Assembly: GCF_004010195.1 (NCBI RefSeq)
Contig: NC_057718.1
Span: 70,586,763-70,644,280, forward strand
From: Chiloscyllium plagiosum
Lineage: Eukaryota
Direction of reading: 5' to 3'
Length of the DNA stretch: 57,518 nt
Position numbers and translations under genes: made by a program. This document shows positions 12,007 to 25,129 of this stretch, piece after piece; the stretch's first letter is position 1; every line of letters starts with the position of its first letter. The notes below the pieces were generated by a model. That model saw nothing but the letters and a program-made list of their open reading frames with translations. It ran no database searches and was not told where the DNA came from.

Positions 12007-12396
12007 CTCCTCTCTCTACAAGTGGACTTCAACAGTTTCCTCATTTCCCCTTCTCCCAGCTCACCCCAGTTCCAAACTTCCAGCTCAGCACTGTCCCCAT
12101 GATTTGTCCTACCTGCCTATCTTCTTTTCCACCTATCCACTCCACCCTCCTCCTTGACCTATCACCTTCATCCCCTCCACAACTCACCTATTGTACTCTA
12201 TGCTACTTTCTCCCCACCCCCGCCCTTCTCTCATTTATCTCTCCACCCTTCAGGCACTCTGCCTGTATTCCTGCTGTAGGGCTTTTGCCCAAAACGTCGA
12301 TTTTACTGCTCCTCGGATGCTGCCTGAACTGCTGTGCTCTTCCAGCACCACTAATCCAGAGTCTGGTTTCCAGCATCTGCAGTCATTGTTTTTACT
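12007..12396 (+). mobile_element. Penelope-like 3' end inserted in CR1
   Basis: Perfect 18-bp TSD ttatattatagtcctcct (11989-12006, 12397-12414); mutated hammerhead ctgctgtagggcttttgcccaaaacgtc. Confidence 0.88.
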
Positions 12397-13166
12397 TTAT
12401 ATTATAGTCCTCCTGACAGCCACTGAGATTGAGGAACAGATCTGTAGCAGATTGTAGAAAGATGCAATAAAAACAAAGTTGCCATAGTAGGTGACTTTAA
12501 CTACCCAACATTGACTGGGACTTAGAGCAAAAGGCTTATACCGGGCAGAATTTAAGTGCATCCAAAAGGGTTTCTTGAAATAGTATGTGGATAGTCCAAC
12601 TAGAGAATGGGCCATAATAGACCGTGTACTGGCTAATGAACCTGGCCAGGTGGCTGACCTTTCAGTAGGAGAATATTTTGGAAACCGTGATCGCAACTCT
12701 TTTTTTTCAAGGCAGCTATGAATAAGGATAAGTCAGGACCTTGTGTTACTAAACTGGGGAAGAGCAAATTATGTCTGTATAAGGCAGGAGCTAAGGACTG
12801 TTATTTGGGAGAAGCTGTTATCAGGCGAGTCCACATTTTGATATGTGGGAGTTTAAAGACCTGATCAGAATTCAGGACTGGCATGTTCCAGTAAGGAGGA
12901 AGGACAAGGATGGCAAGGTAAGAGACTCCTGGATAATGACGTTGTGAATTTAATCGAGAGGAGAAAAGAAGCATACATAAGGTTTAGGAAACTAAAATCA
13001 GCCAGGGCCCATGAGGAATATAAAGCAAGAAAGAACTTGAGCAAGAAGGGGCCATGAAATGACCTTGGCAAGAAGTGTTAAAGAGGATCCCAAGGCATTC
13101 TATACATTCATCAAAAACTAGTGGATAACGAGAGAGAAGGTAGGACCATTCAACAATAAAGGAGGG

Positions 13167-13809
13167 GAAAAAAGCAAATTACTGCGGATGCTGGAATCTG
13201 AAACCAAAAGAGAAAATGCTGGAAAATCTTAGGTGGTCTGGCAGCATCTAAGGAAGAAAAGAGCTGACATTTTGAGTCTCACTGACCCTTTGTCAAAACT
13301 TTAAAAAAGGGGAGAAATAGGGAGGTATTTCGGCTAGGCTGAGAGAGGGTGGGTGAACAGTGGAAAAAAATATATAAAAAGATACAAATGAAAATAATTT
13401 TCATTTTATTTTAAAATTTTTTCACTGTTCTTTACCTCTTATTTCTTGATTGATTTGTCTCTCTTTCTCTCGCTCCCCACTCTCATCACCTTTTTCCTCT
13501 CCTCTTCCCCCTTTGCTACCCTTCTGTTTTCCATTTTGCCTCTGCTTCACCCATTTTCCCCCCCCCCCCCCCATATTTTGTCATATAGCACTGGCTTCAG
13601 CCTTGGTTATTCACAGCTCCTAATCTCCCTATAACCTCTCTATGCACTGTCATTATCACCTCTTTATTACTACCTTGGCTTCTGGAGCCATGACTCACCT
13701 TCTCTCAGCCTAGCATAAATACCTTCCTATTTCTCCCCCTTTTTTTAGCTTTGACAAAGTGTCAGTTAGACTCAAAGCGTCAGCTCTTTTCTCTCCTTAC
13801 AGACACTGC
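13167..13809. mobile_element. Penelope-like non-coding insertion with inverted arms (distinct family)
   Basis: 13-bp TSD caataaaggaggg (13154-13166, 13810-13822); ~13240-13356 is the reverse complement of ~13693-13810. Confidence 0.8.
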
Positions 13810-14407
13810 CAATAAAGGAGGGAAATTGTGCTTGGTGGCAGAGGATATGAGTGAGATCATAAGTATTTTGCATTCCATATTCAAACAGGATAAGAATATT
13901 GGGGTTAGTGAGATTTATGTGAAGCATGATGATATGCTATGGCATTTTGAGATTGAGGAAGAAGTGGTGTTGGGTCTCTTGAAGAGCATTAAGGTGGTAT
14001 GTCCCCAGGGCCTGATGGTATCTACCCCAGGTTATTTAGAGAAGCAAAAGATTGCTGGGATCTTGACCAAGATCTTTGTATCCTTGTTAGCCACTGGAGA
14101 GGTCTTTGAATGCTGGTGAGTAACTAAATTTGTTCATCTGTTCAAGAATGAAAGCAGGGATTATCCAGGAAATTATAGACCGGTGAGTCTGCATCGATGG
14201 TTGGTTGTGAAGCGGTTGGAAAGAATTATTAGGGATCGGATTTGCATGCATTTGGAAAAGCATGGCCTAATTAGGGACAGTCAGCATGGCTCTGTGCAGG
14301 GAGGTCATGCCTTACTAACTTGATTGTTACCTCAAAATTCAAAGGTGATTGAAAGGGTAGAACAGTGGATGTTATCTACGTGGATTTTAGTAAGGTTTTT
14401 GACCCCC

Positions 14408-15340
14408 ATAGAAAGTAGGTGGAGGAGTAGGCCATTCAGCCCCTCTAGCCTGCACCACCATTCAATACAATCATGGCTGATCGTGCAATTTCAGTATCCC
14501 ATTCCTGCTTGCTCCCTTGATCCTTTTAGCCTCGAGGACTACATCCAGCTCCCCCTTGAAAATATGTAATGAACTGGCCCCTACAGTTTCTTGTGGGAGA
14601 ATTCCACAGGTTCACAACTCTGTCAATGAAGAATGTCTTCCTTGTCTCAGTCCTGAGTGGGTTATCCCTTATTCTTGGACAGTGACCTCTTGCTTTGGAT
14701 TTCCCCAGCATTTGGAAACTTCTTCCCCACACCCAGCCTTTCAAGTCCCGTCAGGATTGAATGTCTAAAGATCTCTTCTCCTGTCCCACCCCCATCTTCT
14801 AAATTCAGCAAATGCAAGCCCGGTCTTTCCTTTTATATGTCAGTCCTGCTGTGGGTGGCACAGTGGTTAGCACTGCTGCCTCACAGCGCCAGAGACCCGG
14901 GTTCAATTCCCGCCTCAGGCGACTGACTGTGTGGAGTTTGCACGTTCTCCCCGTGTCTGCGTGGGTTTCCTCCGGGTGCTCCGGTTTCCTCCCACAGTCC
15001 AAAGATGTGCAGGGTCAGGTGAATTGGCCATGCTAAATTGCCCGTAGTGTTAGCTAAGGGGTAAATGTAGGGGTATGGGTGGGTTTCGCTTCGGCGGGTC
15101 GGTGTGGACTTGTTGGGCCGAAGGGCCTGTTTCCACACTAATCTAATCTAATCTAATCTGTCCCAGGAATCAATCTGGTGAACTTGTTCAATAGCAAGAT
15201 GTCCATCTTTTAGACAAGGAGACCAAACATGCACACAAGGTGTGGCTTCACAAAGGCCCTGTGTAACTGCAGCAAAACATCCTTACTCCAATACTCAATC
15301 CTCTTGCCTTGAAGGAGCGCATGCCATTAGCTTTCCTCAT
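14408..15340 (-). mobile_element. CR1 3' fragment nested antisense in the larger CR1
   Basis: Minus ORF RGHCPRIRDNPLRTETRKTFFIDRVVNLWNSP is the CR1 ORF2 C-terminus; itself interrupted by a SINE. Confidence 0.85.
14853..15157 (+). mobile_element. Young HE1-like SINE with (CTAAT)n tail
   Basis: A/B-box head, retained CpGs, near-identical to the 18122 copy; possible ctgt TSD. Confidence 0.92.
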
Positions 15341-17797
15341 AGGTTCATCCAGAAGATTTTAAGATAACACGGCATCCACGATGATTTGGCCGCATGAATT
15401 CAGAATTGCCTTGCACATAGAAGGCAGAGGGTAGTGGTAGAAGGTTGGAGTTCTATGACTAGTGGTGTTCCACAGGCATCTGTACTGGGACCTCTATGAC
15501 ATATAAATGACGTGGATGAAAATGTAGATGGTTGGATTAGTAAGTTTGTAGATGATCCAAAGATCAGTGGAGTGGTGGATAGTGTAGAAGTTTGTCAAAG
15601 GATACAGTCTGATATGGTTGTAGGTATAGGTGAAGAAACAGCAGCTGCACTTTGGGCAATCAAATGTTATGGAAAAGTTTATAGCTAATGGCAGGCCCTG
15701 AACAACATTGGGGTACAGAGTGATCTTGGGGTTCCAAGTCCATAGCTCCCTGAAGGTGGCCACATAGGTAGGGTGGAAAAGAAAAGACTTTGGTTTGGCC
15801 ACACTTGGAGTATTGTGTTCAATTCCAGTTGCTACTTTACAAGCTTTGGAGAGGGAATATGAGATTCACCAGGATGCTGCCTAGATTAGAGGGTATTTAT
15901 TTGTGTTAATAAGAGGCTAGAAAAACTGAGGTGGTTTTGTCTAGTGGTGGAGGCTGAGGATTGACTTGATAGAAGGTATAAAATTATGATAATTATAGTT
16001 AGGATTGACAGTCAAATCTTTTTCCCCCCAGAGTTGCAATGCTTAATACATTTAAGGTGAGAGGGGGAAAGTTCAAATGAGATGTGAGGGCAGGATTTCA
16101 ACAGTGGTAGTAGTCTTCCAGAGGTGGTGATGGAGGCAGGTTCGTTAGGAGTGTTGAAGAGGCTCTTGCATAATCACATGAATATGCAAGGAATGGAAGG
16201 ATATGGACTACAGGCATGCAGATGGGATTGATTAAACATGTGTCTCATGTTTGGTATGATATTGTGGGCTGAAGGGTCTGTTCCTGTGTTGTATTCTATG
16301 CTGAGGGCTCAAAACACTGAAGCCATAGAGGAGTACAGTTTATGCAAGGGACAACTTAAAGGAAGTCAGGAGAGCAAAAAGGGAACATGAAATAAATCTG
16401 GAAGAATTAAGAAAAATCCGGAGTTATTTTACAGTTAGATTAAGGATAGAAAGGAAGAGAGTAGGGCCTATTTAAGGATGACGTTTGTGCATGGAGTCAC
16501 ACAACATGGGTAGAATTTTAAGAGAATGCTTTGTCAGACTTCACTAGTGAGAAGGATGAGGTGAGTACAAAAATCGGGGAGGACTGTGATACACCAAATG
16601 AAGTTCGCATAGACAAAGGAGGTTCTGACTGGTCTGATAACTGGGGTGGTAAGGCTAGCCTGAGGCTACAGAAGAATATAGATGGGCTTGTCAGTGGCAA
16701 ATGAAATTCAATCTGAATAAATGATCATTTGGGCAGAACAACGAAATACATGATGCACGGTGGGACCCTAAGTATCCCTACATTATGTAGAGATGCCAGA
16801 GTTTTGGAAATGGCAAACCCTTTATCAAGAAAAGTAAGGAAGGCAGGGCAACTTACATTAGTTGTAGGAAATAATTGGGGGCATAATTAACAGGCATTTC
16901 GGAGTGGTTTCAGAACTGGATGGATTTCCAAAAGGCATTCTCTTTGACTAATTAAATGTTTTGATGAATTAATGAACATGGTTGATGGGAATTTGGTAAA
17001 CTATGTCTGTAGATTTTAAGTTTTGAAAGTGGTTGACAAAATTGAGGCTCAATCAAAGGGCAGTGGGTGTCAGCTTAGGTTTTTTTAAAAATGGCTTTAA
17101 GAACAGAAAATAGCAAATATATTAAATAGTTCAATAATGAAATACAGGGAAATTTCAATTTTTGCTTTTTTTATCCTCCTGCTGTCTGCTTCAGCCAAAC
17201 GCCACCTATCCCATGTTTCTGGAAACCTTTTTTAATACCATCAAAACCCTCCATGATTTCATCAACCTCTTAAATATGTTCACCTTTTCCCCTTGTACCC
17301 TTCTGATCCAAGGTAAATAACCTCAACCTTTCCAGAATGCACCACAGCAGTCTCAATTGTGCACCATAGGAAATCACTAAACCAACTCCAGTCCTTGTTC
17401 TTCAAGAATTGCACTCGCGACTCTGAGGGTTGCTTTCTTGTTTTAAAGAAAAGCCAGTCAATAAAATATTGTTTAGAGTAAAGAAACCAAAAATAGGTTC
17501 AATTGCATAACTAAATTCCATCATTCCTGTTCTTTTTATTCAAGCAAGATTTAAATTGGGAGGTAGAAGAGAAGATTTGCATTCTGAGACTAAATTGATA
17601 ACTGTCTGTCTCGGAATTTCACTTCCAAATTTTAATGACAATCAAATGACAAGTTCTAAGATTTCACCTGTTTAAATGATTACTTTTTCTCAATGTACAG
17701 AAAATTCAGCTCAAATAATAATAGGTCTATAATGACTGGACAGTTGCCGATTATGTATGGAATTAAATCCTTTAGTTGATGCCCAGCCTAAAACTGA

Positions 17798-17965
<168 letters not shown>

Positions 17966-18121
17966 TAGAACTGTTACTGTTGCACTAATTCTTGGATTTC
18001 ATGTGCACTTAATCTGTTTTATTTAACAGGATTGACTATTTTCCACTGGTGCTATTTTGTTAAGTTAATACTTCAGAGTAAAAGTTTGTCTCTGTTCTTG
18101 TTTTATAAAGGCCCAAACGGT

Positions 18122-18420
18122 GGGCGGCACAGTGGTTAGCACTGCTGCCTCACAGCGCCAGAGATCCGGGTTCAATTCCCGCCTCAGGCGACTGACTGTG
18201 TGGAGTTTGCACGTTCTCCCCATGTCTGCGTGGGTTTCCTCCGGGTACTCCGGTTTCCTCCCACCATCCAAAAGATGTGCAGGGTCAGGTGAATTGGCCA
18301 TACTAAATTGCCTGTAGTGTTAGGTAAGGGGTAAATGTAGGGGTAGGGGTGGGTTTCGCTTCGGCGGGTCGGTGTGGACTTGTTGGGCCGAAGGGCCTGT
18401 TTCCACACTAATCTAATCTA
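18122..18420 (+). mobile_element. Young HE1-like SINE with (CTAAT)n tail
   Basis: Near-identical to 14853-15157. Confidence 0.92.
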
Positions 18421-19566
18421 AACCACGTGCCTTACTCGTTTTCTCAGCCACGCCCCACCCCAATTTCTTTTAATTTGCGCGCAGGTACTTCTAGGTAACT
18501 CTTGGAATTGCGCGCTTTAGTTTTTATTGCCTTTCATTGTTCTTCTTCCCAAGATGAATCACTTCACAACTCTGCATTAAATTTAATGAGCACTCATTGT
18601 CCATTCCACCAGCCTGTGTACTTCTGAAGTTTGCCATGCTAATATGTTTATCAGTTGCATGTTTTGAAATTGTCCTACCTGTCCAAGTTTACATTCTTAT
18701 AGGTCAAATAAGCAACCTCTGGTGCACTGCTATATGTTTTGTTCAAGACCAGGTTTGCACCTTCTCCTCTTCCTTCACACTCATCTACCTTGTGTTTTCT
18801 GCCCCATTGCCTGGTCTCCCTCACTTAAGCAATCCCCACCTCACTCTGTCTTTCACCTGATCTGTCACCCTCCCCAAACCAGCACAAATTCCCTCTTTAA
18901 TGCGAGTTCTTAGTTTTCCCTATTTTCAATTAAACTTCATCCCCAAAATCAACCAAGGCAATAAAATTTCCTCCAGATCAGAGGAAATTAGAGGTTCATA
19001 TTAGTTACAAAACATTGCTTCCAAATATAATTGACATTTGCTTCTACCCGTTAAATAAACTTAGAATACTCTGTTCATGAGCATTGTTTTAATTGTACAT
19101 CTTCTCCAATAAGTTTTTTTTTGTTTTGTGACACTCTCAAAAGACATTTGACAGTTCTTTTTGAGATTCTCTTTTATTAACTAGTAATTCTCCAAACTAT
19201 TCACTTTGATAGTCTGGTATAGCCATTGTACAGCCACTGACATTGGCTGTAATAACTAGGATTATCCATCTCTTGTTTGTTGAACAGTGGCAAAAGATTT
19301 GCAGTTCTCAATTTCCACTCTTGGTTAGTTTGAAATAAGAGCAACAAAAGGTGGAATCTTGTTCGTAGTTTCTTGATTTGGAGATTACATACTAAATTTG
19401 GTTCTTCAGATTTATAGTCCCCCCCCCGACCTTTTGGGGTAATAAAAGAATGTTGGACTCTGATTCCATGGAAGGAAGTGAATGTCTACCTGAAGACCGA
19501 TTTTCAGATTTGTTGGGGCAAAGCTTAGATATGGAAATAAATTGAACACACTTATACTGTTTACAG

Positions 19567-19730
19567 GATTTTATTTTCTATGCTCCACGTCTAAGAATAA
19601 ACAAAAGAATCTTGCAGTTGTGTATGGGCAACCATGAGTTGTACATGAAGCGTCGAAAACCTGATACCATTGAAGTACAGCAGATGAAGGCCCAGGCTCG
19701 TGAGGAAAAGCACAAGAGACAATTGGAAAG
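19567..19730 (+). CDS. EZR: Ezrin coding exon (164 bp, end of FERM, start of helical domain)
   Basis: ttacag|GAT...GAA AG|gtattg; [61 protein letters not shown] is ezrin-type (human radixin and moesin have ILALCMG). Confidence 0.96.
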
Positions 19731-19988
19731 GTATTGGACCTTATGTATCCTTTTCTCCATACTTGACAAAAGAAGTGATTTTGATTCATTCTTGACTCAA
19801 AGATAGCACACTCACTCAAGGTGATGTATTTAATGAGATGTTATTCCCAGGCTCCATCTACTTATTCTGCTAGATGGCACTATGGAAAGCAAAGTATGGT
19901 ATACAGCCCAGCGTTTAGCCCGGAGACTTGTTTCTTTAGCTCATCGATTGTTGTGGAACTTGATTACAGGTTGTCTACTCTTTTCTAT

Positions 19989-22900
19989 ATAGAGTCATAG
20001 AGATGTACAGCATAGAAACAGACCCTTTGGCCCAACTCATCCACATCGACCTGATATTCCAACCCAAACTAGTCCCATTTGTCAACATTTGGCCCATGTC
20101 CCTCTAAACCGGTCTTATTTGTATACCCATCCAGATGCCTTTTTAAATGCTGCAATTATAATGGCCTCCAGCACTTCTTCTGGCAGCTCATTCCATACAC
20201 TCATCACCCTCTGCATGAAAAAGTTGTCCCTTTTTATATCCTTTCCCTCTTTCACCCTAAACCTATGCCATCTAGTTCTGGACTCCACCCATCCCAGAGG
20301 AAGGACCTTGTCTATTTATACTATCCATGCCTGTCATGATTTTATAAACCTCCATAAGCCTCTGGCACTCCAGGGAAAACTGCTCCAAGACAATTCAATC
20401 TCTCCCTACAGCTCTAATTCCTCCAACCCTGGCAACATCCTTGTAAATCTTTTCTGAACCTTTTCAAGTTTTACAACATCCTTCCTACAGAAGGAGACCA
20501 GAATTGCACGCAATGTTCCAACAGTGGCCTAACCAATGCCCCAACTCCTATACTCGGTGCTTTCCTTTATTGGTCAGAACATTATGCTTCACTATGCTAT
20601 CTACTTCACTATGCCTTCACTATGCTATCTACCTGCAACGCCACTTCCAAGGAACTATGAACCTGCACTTCAAGGTCTCTTTGTTCAGCAGCACTCCCTA
20701 GGACCTTACCATTAAGTGTAGAAGTCCTACTCTGATTTGCTTTCCCAAAATGCATCACCCCTCATTTCTCTAAATTTAAACTCCCATCTGCCACTCCATC
20801 AGCCCATTGGCCCATCTGATCAAGATCTCGTTGTAATCTGAGGTAATCTTCTTTGCTGTGCACTACTCCAATTTTGGTGTCATCTGCAAACTTACTAACT
20901 GTAATGCTCACATCCAAATTGCTTATATAAATGACGAAAGGTAGTGGATCCACACCAATTCTTGTGGCACTCTACTGGTCGCAAGACTCCAGTCTGAAAA
21001 AAAACCCTCCACCACCACCACCCTCTGTCTTCTACCTTTTGAGCCAGGTCTGTATCCAAATGGCAATTTCTCCCTGTATTCCATGAAATCTAACCTTGCT
21101 CACCAGTCTCCCATACGGAATCTTGTCGAACACCTTACTGAAGTCCATATAGATCACATCTACTGCTATGCCCTCATCAATCTTCTTTGAAGAATAACAA
21201 AAAACTCAAGTTTGAGAGACATGATTTCTCACACACAACCATGTTGATTTATTCCTTAATCAGTCCTTGCCTTGCCTGTCCCTCAGGATTCCCTTCAACT
21301 TGCCCACCACCAACATCAGGCTCACCAATCTATAGTGCCCTGGATTATCCTTACCACCTTTCTTAAATAGTGGTACCATGTTAGCCAACTTAGTCTTCTG
21401 GCACCTCACCTGTGACTATCGATGATACAAACATCCCAGCAAGAGGCCCAGCAATCCCTTCCCTAGCTTCCCACAGAGTTCTCTGGTACACCTGATCAGG
21501 TCCTGGGGATTTATCCACCTTTATGCGTTTCAAGACATCCAACATTTCCTCCTCTCTAATATGGACATTTTTCAAGATGTCACCATCTATTTCCCTCCAT
21601 TCGATATCCTTCACGTTCTTCTCCACAGTAAATACTGATGCAAAATACTCATTTAGTATCTTCCCTCATTTTCTACTGCTCTGAACAGTTTGCCTTGCTG
21701 ATCTTTGAGGGACCCTATTCTCTCCCTAGTTACCCTTTTGTCCTTAATGTATGTGTAAAAACCCTTTTTTAAATTCTCCTTAACCCTATTTGCAAAGCTA
21801 TCTCATGTCCCCTTTTTGCCCTCCTGATTTCCCTCTTAAAGTATAAGGCAGTAGGAGTATACTTTTGAATTGACTCTATCTATCCTGTTTATACCTGACA
21901 CTATTCCTTCTTTTCCTTAACCAAAACCTATTTCTCTAGTCATCCAGCATTCCCTACACCTACCAGACTTTCCTTTCTCCCTAACAGGAATATACTTTCA
22001 TCCCCTACAGGATGACTTTCATCTCATCTCTGAAGGCTTCTCATTTTTCAGCCATCCTTTTATCTATGAACATCAGCCCCCAATTAGCTTTTGAAAGTTC
22101 TTGCCTAAAACTGTCAAAATTAGCCTTCCTCCAATTTAGAACTTCAACTTTTAGATCTGGTCCATCCTTTTCTCACTGTTTTGCAACTAATAGAATTATG
22201 ATTGCTGGCCCCAAAGTGCTCCCCCAAAGACACATCAGTCACCTGCCCTGCCTTATTTCCCAAGAATAGGTCAAGTTTTGCACCATCTCTCTCAGGTACA
22301 TCCACATTCTGAATCAGAAAATTTTCTTGTACACACTTAACAAATTCTTCTCCATCTAAACCTTTAACACTATGGCAGTCCCATTCTATGTTTGGAAAGT
22401 TAAAATCCCCTACCATAACTACCCTATTATTCTTACAGATAACTGAAATTTCCTGACAAATTTGTTTCTCAGTTTCCCACTGACTACCAAGGGATCTATA
22501 GTACAATCCCCATAAGTTATGGTACTTATTTTCTTATTTCTCAGTTCCACCCAAATAATTTCCCTGGATGTATTTCCAGGAATATTCTGCCTATGCACAG
22601 CTGTAATACTATCCCTTATCAAAAATGCCACACCCTTCCTCTCTTGCCTACCTTTATAGCCTTCCTGCAGCATTTGTATCCTGGAACATTAAGCTGCCAT
22701 TCCTGTCCATCCCTGGGCCACGTTTCTGTAATTGCTATGATATCCCAGTCCCATGTTCCTAACCATGCCCTGAGTTCATCTGCCTTCCCTGTTCGGCCTC
22801 TTGCATTGAAATAAATGCAGTTTAATTTATCAGTCCTATCGTTGTTCTTTACATCCGTGCCTGCCCTGACTGTTTGACTGGCTTCTTTTTTCAACTGTAC

Positions 22901-23900
22901 TGGTCTCTGGTCTTTTTCCTCACTATCTCCCTGGATCCCATACCCCCAGCTTACTAATTTTAAATTCTCCCAAGCAGCTCTTGCAAATCTCCCTGCCAAT
23001 ATCTTAGTCCCCTTCCAATTCGGGTACAATCCATCCTCCTTGTACAGGTCGCTTCTCCCCTAGAATCTCCTCCTTCAGAATTTCAAACTTTTTCCTTTCT
23101 ACACATTGGAATCAATGTAGGATGACCTCCTGCTGGTCCCTGTCCCCTTTGAGCACATTCTGCACCCTCTGAGACATCCTTGATCCCGGCGCCAAGGAGG
23201 CAACATTCCATTGAGTTTTCACTGCTAGCCACAGAAGTGTCTATCTGTGCCTAGGACTAGAGAGTCCCTTAACCTAATAATTTACTTGGAATCCAACGTA
23301 CCCCTCGTTACATTACAGCCTGCCTTGATACCAGAAACTTAGCTGTTTGTGCTACATTCCCCTGAGAACCTATCCACACTCTACATTTTCCAAAACAACA
23401 TATTTGTTTGAAATGGGGATAGCTACAGCAGACTCCTATACTACCTGCCTAGCTCGCGTACCTTTCCTGGAGTTAACCAATCTGTGACTGTACCTGTGGC
23501 ATTTCTCCCTTCCTATAACTGCTATCCATCCACACCCCCTTTGCTCTTGTAAATTCCTCATTGCCTCTATCTGTCACTCCAGTCGATCCATTCGATCTGA
23601 TTAGGATTCGCAACCAATGACACTTATTGCTGATATAATCCTTAATAACACATCAACTCTCTCAACTCCCACATTTGACAAAGAGTATACCACTCTACTC
23701 CGGGCCATTTTTACTCCTCCCAATCTGCAGACTCCGAAAATAGCATTGTCTTTTTGCTCTATAAAACACTGTTCCAGGCTAACTTAATACTTGCGATTTA
23801 TTTTTAAAATGTAATCAAGAGACCGATCTCACATATAATCAACAAAGAGCCCACTCTACACACTATTGTAAATTTACAGCAAAGCTGCACTTATCTGTTT
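19989..23900 (-). mobile_element. Near full-length decayed CR1 LINE (HER1-like)
   Basis: ORF1 Cys motif (CQMWE, ~23660) and esterase-type end (PNWKGTKILAGRFA); ORF2 LNCIYFNARG, VVMVGDFNFPNIEW, KSPGPDQVY, SKFADDTKIG; many frameshifts. Confidence 0.92.
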
Positions 23901-24998
23901 CTGTGCTGTGATCTCTCCCAAAGAGAATCCTTCAAAATCAGTTGTGAATTTTGTTCTTTAAGTTTTCCTAGATGCATTCTGATGTCCAGCAATACATGAA
24001 TTCAAATAGCAAATTCACTCTTATGTCAGTTAGCAGTGTGGGTCATAATTACTTTACCAGAAGGTAAACAGTAGTAGACTCCTTTTTTCTGTGATTTTCT
24101 GTAAAATATTCTGAATTCTGTTCTTCACATTACTTTCTTTCATAGTTCTTTTTTCTTTAGGGGCAACATTTTGTTTTTGTTTTATAACATTGATTCCCCA
24201 CCATGTAAGAACAAAACCTGGGTAGCTTTAAAACCTGGGTAGCTTTTGTGGATCATTCATCCAATTAGATGTTTAACTACTTGATTCAATACTTCGTACA
24301 GAGGGAACCTAATCTACCACTTTGGCCTGAATTATTATTAACAATATTACAGATGAGAGCATAATGTTGTCAACCAAGGGTTTCATAATGTCATATGCTC
24401 TCATATTAAACAATATATCAAGCACTTAACCTTTTTTTTGGAACCCAATGGCCATAATCTTGAAGGTGCATCATTTGATTCTCCATGATCATTACTTCTT
24501 GAGCATTTTAAAATTCTGCCCAGTAGTTGATGTAATGATTTATGACCTTAAGAAAATTTGAGGTTGATATGACTATGAAGTGACAATCTCATTGCTTTAA
24601 CTTGAATTATTTGAACCTCTTCTATCTGAAGAAGAAACCACTGTTTCCAATTATTTTGGATGCATTTTTGAGTTTAAAATTCTCTTCATTCCCTAACTGA
24701 TACAAACAAAAGTAATCATTTACACTTCTCAAATCACCAACAAATAGTGAAAGAGATGGGTTGAGTGTGATGCAGGATGAGGACAATGAGTAAAAGTAGG
24801 AACAGAATTGATAATAGACCCATGCACAAATAAGCTAAATTGGCAGCTTTGTGCAGCTTGTACACTTAGCTCAATTTTTTACAAAAATTCTGCCTACAAC
24901 ACAAGTATAAAAAAGACCTGTCAAAAATCAAGCTTTTATCAAGCTTTTGCTATTTAGTGAGCAGTCAATCTTTAAATCTTTACCTGTTCTGTGTGTAG

Positions 24999-25129
24999 GG
25001 CACAGTTGGAGCAAGAGAAGCAGAAGCGGGAGGTAATAGAGAAAGAAAAAGAACAGATGGAAAAGGAAACTAGAGATCTGATGCTGAAGCTGAAACTGTA
25101 CGAAGATCAGACAAAGAAAGCTGAAAAGG
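24999..25129 (+). CDS. EZR: Ezrin coding exon (131 bp, coiled coil)
   Basis: gtgtgtag|G GCA...AAG G|gtaaga; AQLEQEKQKREVIEKEKEQMEKETRDLMLKLKLYEDQTKKAEK, with the Tyr matching ezrin Y354. Confidence 0.95.

Larger units (their letters stand above)
11530..16280 (+). mobile_element. Decayed CR1 LINE (end of ORF1, ORF2, 3' tail) hosting nested insertions
   Basis: Endonuclease start (YVHFNARS-like, ~11700), WVELKNK, GDFNYPT, NYRPVSL, RT fragments and tail gggtctgttcctgtgttgtattctatg. Confidence 0.85.

Noticed and set aside
14853..14915. tRNA gene
   Set aside because: The A/B-box-like head continues into the HE1 core and LINE tail in many copies; it is a SINE.
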